From positions 105,588,001 through 105,652,000 of the forward strand of contig NW_024704743.1 in the NCBI RefSeq assembly GCF_018977255.1: DNA of 64,000 nucleotides, given 5' to 3'. This document shows positions 1-12,904 of the stretch, one piece after another. Position 1 is the first letter of the stretch. Each line of letters opens with the position of its first letter. The position numbers were made by a program, and so were the translations under genes. The DNA is from Callorhinchus milii. Lineage: Eukaryota. The notes beneath the pieces were generated by a model. That model was not told where the DNA came from. It ran no database searches and saw only the letters and a program-made list of their open reading frames with translations.

Positions 1-2019
1 CACTTGCATCAACTTAACCAACATTAAATTGTTCAGTATCACTTATGTTTGATATTCATTAGGTTCAATTGAATCTGCCCGTGGTTATGTGAAGCCCTTT
101 ATCACTTTACTGAAGATAATCAGCTGTATGTATAGATATATTATTCCGCAACTCACAGAAGCTTTGATTTGAGGGTTTTGCCTTTTTATAACATACATTA
201 TCTGAAGTTTTTTCAGGGATCTCTACCTGAAAACCGACATTTTTTTCTTACCTCCGAACTGGGAATTTTTACACACTGAATGGGAATTTTTACACACTGA
301 AGGGGGCTGTTCAGCTCATTGCCCCCATGCTGGCTCTGAAGAATCTATCCTGACCTATACCCATATCCAATTATGCTTCTCTTTTTAAAAAAATATTTGT
401 TTAATTCCCTTTAAATTGTTATTTAAATTGGATTCTGCTTCAACTATTAGTTTGGGTAGGCAATCTGTTCTAATTACCATCTGTAGAGGAAAAAATCTAG
501 CTGTTCACATGTACTGATTTATTTTATTTACTTTATTTTGCTCACAAACTACAGTCACTCCACTTTACAATATATCCTGTGTCACTCATTAAGACACCTC
601 AACGACGTGACAAAGCACTGTATCAAATGCAAGGATTATTATTATTCAAAACGAGAAGGAATTTTTCCCAGGTGTCATGATTATAAATTATCCAGATAAT
701 GTTATTTTTCTTTTCATGGCTGTTTATGTGACCTTGCTGTGTGCAAATTGTCTTCCTTGCTTACCTAACAAATATTCTGTCACTTCAAGTGTCAACAACA
801 ATTGTGAAATGCTTTGAGATGTTTTGACATTATAGGACAATATATATTATATATATTCATTCCAGGAGTAATGTGTTTCATGGCAATGGGCCTTGAACCT
901 ATTCACTCAAACCTCCAATTTGTACACATTTGACAAAACAGCTATGTGAAAAGCACAGAGCATAATGTTCAATTTTTTAACTAATTGGGTCAGTACTGTA
1001 GTCACAGTCACATTGCCATGGTACACCAGCCACTATGTGCCTCTAAATGTGCAACAATTAGATCAATTTAAAGCATCCAATAAATTTCAACAAAATCTGA
1101 ATTTTATTAATTAAATATTTGCCACTTTTAAATTCTAGTAAGTTGAAGGAAGCATGTTGCGCACATTTAAACATTTCATCAAATGATTATTCAATTTTTT
1201 TAAATAAAACAGCAGAATGTCCACATTAACAAATGTTAAGCAAACAGCAATGGAATTAATTTATTTTCTACAGCTGGTTTTATCTAAATCACAGCCAACA
1301 TACTAAGAGTTAACAAAGCTGGCATTAATTCAACACAAATTTTTATCATCTCTTAAAATAGAGCCAATAATTACAAATTAAATTGCTATGTTCCTATTCA
1401 CCTGCACTGTGTAAAGTTATGTTGCTATCGTATTTGCCATTTGAGATTCTGCAGCAACCTTGTCATTATTGTGTAAGAAGTGATAATTGTTTTTTTTAAA
1501 TAAAGGTGTCTTTGGAAAGTCAAATGGTTAAGAAATTGGTTATTTATGTTTCTTAATGGTTCAAATATTAAACCTTTGACATAAACAATGTTAAAATTAT
1601 TGAATATAATCCAAAAATAAATTCAGAAAGTGCTGTTTGTTGCTGAGGATTTATTTGTGAGGTTGCAAAAATCTCAAAGTAGATTGAGGCCTCTGACTCT
1701 GACAACATTCATTCCAGGGTTACATATTTAATTGTCTCAATTGATTGCAAGTCTCGTCACGGATATTTTTCAGAGTTCATTAAACTCAATGAAATGCCAG
1801 AGGATTTGGAAAACAGAGAAAAAGGGGGGCTACTGTATATCTGACATCGAATGTGGGAAAACTGCATAAAAAATACTAATAAAAGGTAATCTAAGGGATC
1901 ATCCTTAGAAGTATTGATTTGAGGCATACAGCAGAGATTTAGAAATGGGAATTTATTAGATTTCTTCAAGTGAGTTTCAGTTTCAGTCTTGAGACTGTGA
2001 TGTTATGTACCCAAGAGAA

Positions 2020-2175
2020 AGATAGCATTGTATTACACTGGATTAGCAAACAGCTAGTTGATAGAAAGCAATGAGTAGTGGAGCTAAGGAGGTATATGGC
2101 TAGCAATCAGTCGTTAGTGGTGTGCCACAGGGCTTTTATATTGGGAGTGCTATTGTTTATATTTGTATAATAGTA
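2020..2175 (+). mobile_element. Old CR1-type RT fragment
   Basis: Degenerate WI..WL..RKQRV...SGVPQG..LG..LF coding pattern. Confidence 0.55.
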
Positions 2176-2419
2176 TAATACAGTAATCTTTGTATTTGAT
2201 ATAATATCATTCAATGTAACATTGAAGCATCTCATATGTAATTGTTATCAAGTACTTGACTGCATACTTGAAGACAAACACAGCAATCAATTTGCCAACC
2301 TCCCACACAGAGCAGGGAAATTAATGATCAATGTATCTTTTGATTGGTAATCAAGAAAACTCCCTTCTCTTTCCGATTGGGACAATAGAAGTTTGATTTC
2401 CACAGGAGACAGGATGTTG

Positions 2420-2790
2420 ATTTATCTCACAAACTACTGTCCTATTTCTAACCTGCCCTTCCTTGCCAAAGTCCTGGAACGCATTGTTGCAGGTCAGCTT
2501 TGCTCACACCTATCACTCCACTCCCTCCTCAAGCCTCTCCAGTCTGGTTCCCGCCCTGCCCGCAGCACAGCGACGGAGCTTGTCAAAGTCACTAATGACG
2601 TTCTCTCTGTGACAAGGCTCCCTGTGCCTTCTCATCCTCCTGACTCTCCTCCGCGTTCTACCATGACCATGACATCCTCCTCCACTGGCTCTCTTCCTCA
2701 TCAACCTTTGTGGGACCACACTTGCCTAGTTCAAGTCCTATTTAACACTTTGTTTCTGTTAATGGTTTCTCCTACCGTCTCACCCGGTCA
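2420..2790 (+). mobile_element. L2 LINE RT fragment
   Basis: NYCPISNLPFLAKVLERIVA...LQSGSRPARSTATELVKVTND. Confidence 0.85.
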
Positions 2791-2799
2791 TTTGAGAGT

Positions 2800-3145
2800 T
2801 TCAAACTGCTACTCTTTGGGTGAAAAACTGCCTTCTGATTTCACTCCTAAATAGCCTAGCTCTAATTTTAAGATAATGATTCCTTGTTCTGGATTTCCCC
2901 CACCAGAGGAAATAGTTTCCCTGTATCTATCCTATCGAATCCTTTTATTATTTTGAAAACTTCCATCAGATTACCCCTCAACCTTCTAAACTCAAGGGAA
3001 TGGTGACCAAGTTTATGCAACCCTATCTCATAAATTCACCATTTAAACTCTGGTATCATTCTGGTGAATCTGTGCTGCACCCCCCCCTGCCCCCCCCCCA
3101 GAGCCAATACATCTTTCCTAAGGTGTGGTGCCCATGACTGTAGAT
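2800..3145 (-). mobile_element. CR1 LINE 3' fragment
   Basis: Reverse complement resembles the CR1 ORF2 3' region seen at 13460-13960. Confidence 0.7.
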
Positions 3146-4557
3146 GTTTGTCCTGACCCCTCCCCTGTAGTGGTTGACACAGTTTTTCTAGTACTGTACT
3201 CCATACTGCTGCACATATCTATGTCCTCCTGAACTTCAGAGGATGGCAGAACCTAGTAGTAAATAGGAACCCGGTTGTTAGTCAATTGGTGGATCACTTT
3301 TCCAGGGTTAATAATTCCTTCAAAATAATAGAAAAATAATACTAATAAATTGGTCACTTCAATCCATGACTGTTTGTGGGACACTGCTGTGTGCAATTGG
3401 CTGCCAAGTTTCGCCCACAAAATACACAGTCAATTCACTTTAAAGTATATTCTGTGAAGCGCTTTGAGACATCTTGAAAAAGTGACAAGGCACTATATCA
3501 AATGGAAGGATTATTATTATTTTTCCATTGCTCTACAAAAAATTATTTATATAATAATGATAATAAAAAAAGCAGTGAGTAGAAATTCAAGAAGCAGCAC
3601 ATTTCTTTGATAAATGCAATCTATAAGAGGCAAAATTGGACTTTATTTATGTCAGTTGGTTTTATTTTAACTAGAAAACCACTGCATGATGCATTATCAC
3701 TAGTATCTCTACTTCTTGTGTTTTGAAGCATGAATTTCAATTTAGTTGTGAATCATTCATTGGGTTTCGGAGGCTGTAAATAAATAAATAATTCCAGGAA
3801 CATTGGAAATGATTAAGCAATCATGGATAAAGCTATGTTCCCTTCAATCGTCTTATTTTGTTGCCTTTCATGTTCTGGACCCTTGTGGGAAAATTTAATG
3901 AGACACTACTGAAACTCACAAATACACAACTGAAATTTAACAAGGTGATTTTTGAAACATCAAATGTTATATGATCAGAAATGTTAAAATTGAACAGTAT
4001 GATAAAACAGTTCATCTTTATTTTGGCTGATGTACAATATGTCTAGCTCCTATTACTTCTCAATTCAAGTTTGACCACAATTGCACAGTTAATCCACTTT
4101 ACAGTATACCCTGTGAAGAGCTTTGAGACATCTTGATGAAGGGTATACTGTAAAGTCACTGTAGAGTATTTAGAATTCCCAAGCTGCTTTGATAACTGCA
4201 AAGAAGATTTTCAAATGCCCCTAAGCTTTTGGGAATATTGTAATACAGGAGAGAATTTGTAAAATAATTTTGCTTACAGTGCTTATCTGTTGACAAACTT
4301 ATGTGCAGAAGTCCTTTTGACACAAAACAAATATTTTCACGTTTAAGACTATTGTGCACCTAGTTACAAAATTAATCAAGAGGAAAAGACTATGATTCTG
4401 TTCTTTCCCATTACATATTAATAAGGAGAGTTCAATGTTTCATTTATATTCGTGAATATATTTATCTGTCAGGAATGATTGAGGGCTAGATTGATTCATT
4501 TATTAGATAGCTTTCTGATGCTGTGACATGCACATTAAAGACATTTTGGATAAATAG

Positions 4558-4825
4558 CAAGGGAGGAAGCGGGTGAAGGGACCATGGGATGGAGTTCCAG
4601 AGTGTGGGGGCAGAAAGGCTGAAAGCCCGGCCACCGATCGTAGAGCTGGTCGGGTGGGAGACATGGAGCAGACCGGAGCCGCTGAACGGAGGGAGCGGGC
4701 AGGTTGGTAGGGAGTCAGCAGGTCAGAGAGGTAGGAGGGTCAAGGCCATGGATGGCCTTAAAGGTGAGGACGAGGATCTTGAACTCGATCCTCTGGGGGA
4801 TGGGGAGCCAGTGGAGTCGGGAAGG
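4558..4825 (-). mobile_element. L2 LINE 3' fragment
   Basis: RLHWLPIPQRIEFKILVLTFKAIHGL. Confidence 0.85.
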
Positions 4826-6839
4826 AAACAAGAAAGTGAGAGATAAGCACATCAAGAGCATGCCAATGTTAATAGAATGCTTGCTTGTGCATCTAGCAAG
4901 ATAATGTAGTAAATAATGCTTACCCTGGAATAATAACAAGGTAGCAGCATAATGTAATTGAGGAGTTCAAATATGTCACCACGGAATAAATCTGAAGCAC
5001 TTAATGACTGGCATTTAAACTAGAAGTTAGGTTCAGCTTCAACCTTGATATCGCTGCTTCGTTATATGCTATTACTTTGTACAGTTTCAATATTACATGT
5101 GTGTGCAAACAAGGTTGCTCCAAATGCAGACATAGGCTGTGAATGCATTTGTTTCAATTGTCAATTATTATGTTCAATTGTGAATTAATTGTGATGTTGT
5201 AACTCCAGGACTTGTGGAAAATAATCTCCAGTTCTTTACATGGAAACCTGATAACCAGAATATGATCTAAACTGCATAGCCTTAAACAAGGGTGCTTTTT
5301 TAAAATAATTTTAATAATAATGACATCCATCTAAAAATTGTAAAGAGGAACATTTGTATTGTGCTTCATTTGGATTGTGAAAACAGGAATAAACGGTTAA
5401 CAATAACAAAGCAAATTAAATAGACGTCCATAAATTAAAAGAACAAGCTTCTATTGAAATTATATTTAGCAACACTGCATTTTAAAAATGAATGTTCTCA
5501 AGCTCCACCTGCTTTATATCTCACCATGAAACCATTATTATTTTCTATCATTATTTCAGATGTTTCATAATCTACTTAAAAAACTTATTGTCGGGGCAGG
5601 TAAACTGTTTCTCGGAAATTAATTGAGGCTGCTTCGGAAATATTATTCATTTCACGTTACAAGCAGAGCTTAGAATCAAACCATAAAACTATAGAAATGT
5701 GCAATACAGGAGGGGCCATTCAACTGATTATTTAGTGTCAGTGTATGCTTCCTTCAAGAAGCCATCTGCCCAACTCCAAATTCCCGGCTCTTTCCCCATA
5801 CCCTCTGAACCCCTTTAGCTGCCTGTACTTATCTAGTTCTATTTTAAATGCCCCCTAATGGATTCTGCTCTCACAGCCACTCCTGGCAAATTATTCCATA
5901 TCCTGACAACCTTCTGTGAGAAGAAGACCTTCAGACCTTCTTTGGTAGTCACAATCGTGAATCCACATCTGTCATCAATAACAAGATTACATTTGTATCG
6001 CGCCTTTCAATTATCAAACATAATTCTTGAGACTTTTTTTCTCTCCCCGAATCAATTCCGAGTCAAAAGCTGCACTGACAATTTGAAGTCACATTGGATC
6101 TGATTTCTGTGTTTATTCATTGAATATTCATGATTTTATTTTGAGGTCAGCCCTTTTCTGGAGTAGGTCATCCACTCCAATCTGCTGTCTATCAAATTGT
6201 CTGTGATTTTATTGTCACACCATCCAATCCCCCTTTGCTGAAGCCCACAACTGACTGTGCCTAGTGCATAATGAGAAGAGGGGAGACATTATAGCTTGCT
6301 TACCTGATATAAGGCAGAGATATGAACAACTGGCAAAATGAACCTACCAAGTTCTTCTATTAAAGCCACACATTTGAGGCAACTCTCCTCCTTCTGCTGA
6401 CATGGTTGAGATCACATGAAAGCATCAGGACTGAATAACACAATGGCGAATGTCACTAGGGATCAGTACATATATAAATATTAATTGTTTTTTTTAACAA
6501 AAAAAGAGCATGCAACTAACTGCTGACCCATTGCAGCTCAGCCATGCAGCAGCCGGAGCACTGGGACTGAATTGGTGAGCAAACCACTGCGATAGTGAAG
6601 GAGAGGGGTGGAAACGTTAAGAAGCATCAGAAAAGTGCACATGACTGTCTCTGGGATGGAGCAAAAGCTGGTAGTAGCTTCTACTTTGGTGGGTTTGGGC
6701 ACCAGCGGACCACTTTCCCCACAACCAAGGGTTATGTTTTGCATCTAATGCAGTGCCCAATGCGTGAGGCTGGACAGCACATCTCAGTCGCAATTGCATT
6801 ACATCTCAGCCGACAGTGTGAGTAAGTCATCTCCATCTC

Positions 6840-7900
6840 AAATCTCCTCCCACGCCTACGGTGCTGACGAGCAGCTTAAACTCCTGCCTCTTCGATAGAC
6901 ACAACGGAGACTGCGAATTGCGTTTGCAATAGCACTTCAAACAGATGAACTTTGCGGTAATACAATGTACACAGAGAGAGAGAGAGAGAGAGGGAGAGAG
7001 ATGCGCATTCCTGTCCCCCTTCTCCCAGTCGATGGTTTATGAAGTGTTCCCATTGCGGTGGCGCTGTGCCTCTGAGACTCCCCCCCACCACCTCCTGCTC
7101 TCTCTGAACTTTTACACAGTTATTTTTTTTCAGGGAGAACCTCGTGTTGTATCTCGGATTTGCAGGTTCGGTTGATTGCACCGATGTGGGAAGTCTGATC
7201 CGGATTGCATCTCAATCCGGGGGGGGGGGGGGGGGGGGGGGGGGGTGGGAGGGGGGGGATCACTGGGGGTCTGTGCGATGCAGCGTTCGCGGGTCAGACT
7301 TCGCTGTGTGAATGACATCCAGAGTGGGACTCAACTGATCGATTTGGGTCCGATCTAATCGATAAAGCAGCCGATCTTGCAATGCATCCGTGTCGGTGGA
7401 GGGGTGGGAGGGTGGGGGGGGGCATCAGTGAGGACCCGGAGCAGCGCAGACACACACACACACACACACACACACACCGTTGTGAGCTCTTACCTGACGA
7501 TCACGTACATAACCAGACAGTTACCCACCGAACCCACCACGAAGACCACGGAGTACACAGCGGTGATGATGATGGGGATGAGGGGCACTGCGGTGCAGTT
7601 CCTCTGCAGGTCCGGGAACTCTGTGCTGTTTTCCCAGTCGTTCGTGTTGGAAGCGACGCTGCTGTTGAGAGTAACGCCGGGGCTGCATTTGTCAGAGGGA
7701 AGCAGCGTACACTCGGGGCTCAAGTCTTCCCTTGAAATCACTGCCGGGGCGTCCATGGTTGCATTTAAATAAAATGCTTCACAACCACAGATTCTGCAAA
7801 GCAAGGACGGGCAGAAGGGGATGCAAAAAGTGGGAGGGAGGGAGGGAGGGGGAAAAAAATGAAACCCGCGGATCAAACCCCAACAAAATCCGTGCAGGTG
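6840..7900. promoter_or_regulatory. CpG/GC-rich island over the OPRK1 5' region, with poly-G and (CA)n/(GA)n tracts
   Basis: CpG density is visibly high against AT-rich flanks; G-run 7218-7259; (CA)n at about 7450-7477 and 7936-7962. Confidence 0.6.
7494..7756 (-). CDS. OPRK1: Kappa opioid receptor, first coding exon (N-terminus, TM1, start of ICL1)
   Basis: Translates MDAPAVISRED...PIIITAVYSVVFVVGSVGNCLVMYVIVR, matching kappa-receptor TM1 (human IPVIITAVYSVVFVVGLVGNSLVMFVIIR). Ends at a phase-2 AG|GTAAG donor as in opioid receptors; acceptor TTTGCAG| puts the exon start at 7793. Adjacent to ATP6V1H as in human. Confidence 0.93.
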
Positions 7901-8369
7901 AGTGCGTTTGCGATGAAACTAAAGTAAAGGGAGAAACACACACACACACACACACACACACAGCGATCTCGAGGTATTGCATTGTAACACACCTGGCGAG
8001 CACATCGAAAATACCAGACAAAAAGATTGTGAAACACGAGCAAAGAGGATTGCATTGACATATATTGCATAAAATGACATTTATATCGCAGACAATTACG
8101 GTTATCTTACATTAAATGACATAAAAATTACAGTTATATCACATTCAATTACATAAATTACTTTATATCACGCAACGCTACATTTATATTACATTAAATC
8201 ACGTCTGCATCACGTACACTTATATTAAAAGCTGTATGCAATCATAATATATTACCTACAATTGCAAGATTAATCGCAGACGCAAAATGTCACACTCGGA
8301 AAAGCTCCAGTTACAGCAACGAATGAATGGGGTGGGAGCAGGAATGATGGATGATGCAGTCTCTCTCAC

Positions 8370-8479
8370 CTGCTGGGTTTAGGATTTTTTGGGGGGGAGG
8401 GGGGGGGAAATGAGAATTATAGTTGCTCTCGATGCTGGTATGGGCTGTGTAAGTTGGGCTGCTGCTCAATGGTGCAACC

Positions 8480-8515
<36 letters not shown>

Positions 8516-8520
8516 TAAAG
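8370..8520 (-). other. OPRK1: Probable non-coding exon 1 of OPRK1 (5' boundary unknown)
   Basis: CAG|GTGAGA donor at 8370/8369, about 580 nt upstream of the exon 2 acceptor; mammalian OPRK1 has a non-coding first exon and short intron 1. Confidence 0.45.
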
Positions 8521-10349
8521 GTGTGGATGATGTTGGAGACTGGGATCTGCAAACTGGTCCCCTTTGCCTGGCTGTCGGGATGGTGTGTGGGACTTTGCCT
8601 CCAGTATGGAGAGACCCACTCACATCTAACGTGACACGGCTGTGATGACGCCGGTGAATGGCTTGGACGCAAATGGTTGGAGGTGTTCATTGGCGATGGG
8701 CGAAATCTACCTTAGTTTTTTTTGGGGGAACTCGCTGAACAACCCAACGGTGACCATCTGTTTGCTGAGCTGTATATGGACATGGAACCATAGCAACTTG
8801 TAGTCAGTCAGATGCAGTCCAAATCCCGAGTTAAATCCTGCAAGAGGAAGTTTTGTTGGGTGTCATAAACTGGGATCACTTTATTCCATGTCCTGGAAGG
8901 GATGTATTCGTCTAGAATTGTGCATTTGCATCATTTAGAGCTCTTTTCAATGACACTGACAATAGGTCCATTTAACGTTGGACAATAGGTCCAGAATGAC
9001 ACTTCGCCTTCTGTGAGTTATATTCAGTATCTATGAATTTGCAAAAAAAAAAGACTATGATATTATTAATTGGAGATTAATAGCTGGAAAGTTATTTAAA
9101 AATCTTACCATTAAAGGAAATGTTTTATTTGACGCAACTGGTGTGTTCTGTGTGTTTCAGTTGCCAAAGACTATTGATTTTTTTCTTTGCTTTGGTTTGT
9201 TCCATCCTGTCTCTTTTTCCAAAAGAAAAGAAAGAAACAAGGTTCCTGGTGATTGTTGTGACCTTCCCTGCATCTTGGCGAGCAATTCAATTCCAAAACT
9301 TAGGCAAGTTGTACCGTTCCAATTATTAGTAACTTGTTATTAACTTAAGTTAATAATGATTATTAATTTAAGTTAATAATATCCTATGACCACAAAATCT
9401 GCTTTTTTTCTATTGTTTAGAGATTATGCACCTAATATGGTAACATGAATGCATCCATAACTTTGTCGGTTTCATGCATGATTGTGGTCAATTTTTATGA
9501 ATAAAATGTAAAAAATAATGAATTATGTAAATATTAAGAAACAAAAGTATCTCAGCACATATTATCTAAAGGATAGAAACAAGTCCTCTCTCATCAGACT
9601 GATGTCAACGAATTTCAGCAAGGGCTTAGAGCAGTCTAATAGCAGATTCAAGATTATTAAATTAAAAATATTGTGAGCTTTTTTCTTAATCCACTATTAT
9701 TAATTTTGTTAGTGTAGTGAAGTGTGATGTTGAAGATACTCCGCTGCTATTTCTCATTTCAGGTGATTATTTCCTTTTAAAACAAGTACAAACATTTCAT
9801 AAATTAATAGAAGTAATCCTTGCATTTGATGCAACCTTTCATGTCAGGACATCTCAAAAGTCTTTACAGGATTTACTAAAATGTGTAATTACTATGTATT
9901 TTGAAGACAAAAGTTTTGCTGTTTGTGATTTTTCTCCACAATTAATTTGTCTTCTATTGAGTGTAACTTTAAGTTTACTTTTTCCCCAGTTTTCTTCCCT
10001 CTCTTTCTGAAGGTCTGGTTTCAGAAAGACACCAGTGCGTGTGCGTGTGTGTATCAGCCAAAATCCAAATAACCGGTTGGCGTAGAGACACTGTTTATAC
10101 TTCATCGTATAGGTCTTGCATTCGCGAGTGTCATGGGCATATTTTTTTTCGGGTGTGGTATAAATCATGTCTCTACTTCAATCGGTTATTGAAATCTTGG
10201 TTGATACACCCAAATACACAGACATTGTCGTTTCATTAGTATAATAATATAATATAAAATATAATATTATAAAGTATAATGATACAATAGAAAGTATAAT
10301 AAAGCGTAATAATATAATTGGTAGTATAATAAGATAATATAAAATATAC

Positions 10350-10910
10350 AACAACGACAAGTTGCACTTGTAGTTTGGGGGAGGTGGTCGTAAGTACGCT
10401 CGAAGAGGAAGGTTCTCAAGCAGGACTTGAAAAAGGGAATAGAGGGGGCAAGGCGGAGGGACTGAGTGAGAGTGTTCCAAAGTTTCGGGGTGTAGTGCCT
10501 GAAATTGTGACCTCCGATGGTGGGGCGGAGGGTGTGAGAGACAAGCAGTAGGCCGGTGTCAATCGAGCCAAGGGTCCAGGAGGTGGATTGCGGAGGGAGG
10601 AGGTCGGAGAGGTAGGGAGGTGCCAGAGAGTGAAGGGATTTGAGAACGAGTGTGAGGATCTTGAAGTCGATCCGTTCGGTGATGGGGAGCCAGTGGAGCC
10701 TGGCCAGAACTGGTGAGATGTGGGTACGGAGTTTGGTCCGGGTCAGTATGCGGGTAACAGAGTTCTGGGTTTCTTGAATAGTGGAGCTGGGGAGTCCGAC
10801 GAGACGTGCATTTGAGTAATCCAGGCAGGAGGTGACAAATGCATGCAGAAGGGTTTTGGCTCCATTTGGGATAAGGTTCAGTCAGAGGTGGGCAAAGTGG
10901 TGGAGGTGAA
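10350..10910 (-). mobile_element. L2 LINE 3' fragment
   Basis: LHWLP/ID-FKI region and L2-type tail, homologous to 47040-48600. Confidence 0.8.
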
Positions 10911-12904
10911 AGAATATAAAATATAATAATCTAATATAAAATATAATAATATAATATGAAGTATAATAATACTGATATCTACATTCCATTCTACATTGGT
11001 TGCAAACGTAGCAATGGGTACAGCTAGTGTATAATGTAAAATGTAGCGACTGTTTAATTATAGGCAAACGTGGCTGTCTATTTGCATGCCAAAATGTCCC
11101 ACAAACCGCCATGAAGTGAATGACCAGTTTTATTTCTGGGTATGTTTAGTCCAATTTGACAGCTGACAGTGGCTCCACCAGCCGAGCCATCAGAGGAGCG
11201 CTGCACAACCATTATTGATAAAGTGTAGTCAAATGTTTGAAAAATATAATTAAGAAAAGATGAGGTAACCAGAAAAAGTATACAGGCACGAAAGTGGGTG
11301 GAAAGGATTATTTCCTGGAGTTCAAAGGCCAAAGAGGGAAGCTTAGTATTCAGTGTGCGTGTGGGAATGGCTTTGTTAAGTACTGTATGCAAATGACTGC
11401 CACATTTCACCCACAAAATACAGTCAATACACTTTACACTATAGCCTGTGAAGAGCTTTGAGACATTTCGGTGATTCCCGGCAGGAGGAAACGTTGGGCA
11501 AGTTCCCTTACTGCATACGCCTCTGTTCACCTAGCAGTAAGTAGGAACCTGGTTATTAGTCAATTGACGGATCACTTTTCCGGGGGTAATAATCCCTCCA
11601 AAAAAAAAAAATAATTTGGTCACTCAATCCATGACTGTTTGTGGGACACTGCTGTATGCAATTGGCTGCCGCATTTCTCCCACAAAATGTACAGTCAATT
11701 CATTTTACTCTGTATATTCACTGTATATTCTGTGAAGCACTTTGAGACATTTCAAAGACGAGGATTATTATTTTTATTATATACATCAATATTAAAGTAA
11801 TGTCAACCTTTTTAAATCACTGCTGGAGCCATTGTTAGTAGTTTAATTTGAAACTGCTGAATATCTCTTTATATTTGGTAGCAATATACTGTAATAGGGG
11901 AAGATAGTATCGTAGATTTAATGAACTGGGAATATTGTACAATGGTGCAGTGGAAAGCAACATTCAAAATGAAATCATTAGATTTCAGACTTTGAATACT
12001 GACTTTGGCACTTTTGAAAGGAGTAAATTGTTTGGAATAGGGTAAAATTTGTTGAAAGATCCATTGGGTGGATGCCAAAGAATGTAATGTTAATAGTGAG
12101 TGAATCACACTCTCAGTTGTTTAATACAGTACTGAAAAACTAATAACTGCTGTTCAATGTTGGTTACTGGTAGCCCTCTGTGATAGCAATTCAGAGTAAA
12201 TCAGATTTCTCACAGCTCATTCCTTCCCTTTAATTTATACTAATGAGCCATAAAATAAACAGATTGGCAATTCTTCCAGCATGTGATTTAATAAGTGTTA
12301 GCACCATTTATGATGCTGTATGAAGTTGTTTGCTTCTCATAAGATACGTGTCATGCTGGAAAATATCATAGATGTGATCTCTGCATATTAACCAAACTAA
12401 AAAAAACTGAACAGTAACATTTTATTTCAACAGCCTGCAGTGAGATAGTAAAGGTGAAAGACACAACCACAATAATTGAGTAATTAGAGCTTGTCGTAAT
12501 GAGATTTGATTTTATAACTGAAGGTCTCAGCTAGAAACAACCAAAGAAATTAGCTGCTGATCATCGGCAGGCAATGTCATTTTTATTTTGTTTTGTTCAA
12601 ATTCTAAAATTAACTGCTGCTTTAAATAGATTCAATTAACCAGATATGATCGCAATGCACTTCAATGGGCGATGATTCTGATCATCAAGCTTGCAGTTAA
12701 AATGCCCACATCATCTGAGTCCCCAAAATAAAGGGGGGAGAATTGCAACAAAACAGGCAGACCAGAGAGAGAAAAGGTGTGTCTGGGACCCAGATGAAAA
12801 CATTGCAACAAATTGATGTCATCTGGGTGCCAGACACACCGTTTCTTTCTCTGGTCAGCCTGTCTTGTTGCAATTCCCGCCCTTTGTTTCCCATTGTTAA
12901 CATT

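Noticed and set aside
6849..6868. Possible RE1/NRSE site (TCAGCACC on the - strand) in OPRK1 intron
   Set aside because: Only the left half-site matches; the GGACAG half is absent.
7218..7259. Long poly-G run or G-quadruplex
   Set aside because: It is a simple homopolymer of unreliable length, with no evidence of function.
7490..7876. 128-aa ORF with an N-terminal extension of OPRK1
   Set aside because: The extension runs through a polypyrimidine tract and the acceptor at 7794; the ATG at 7756 matches the homologous start.
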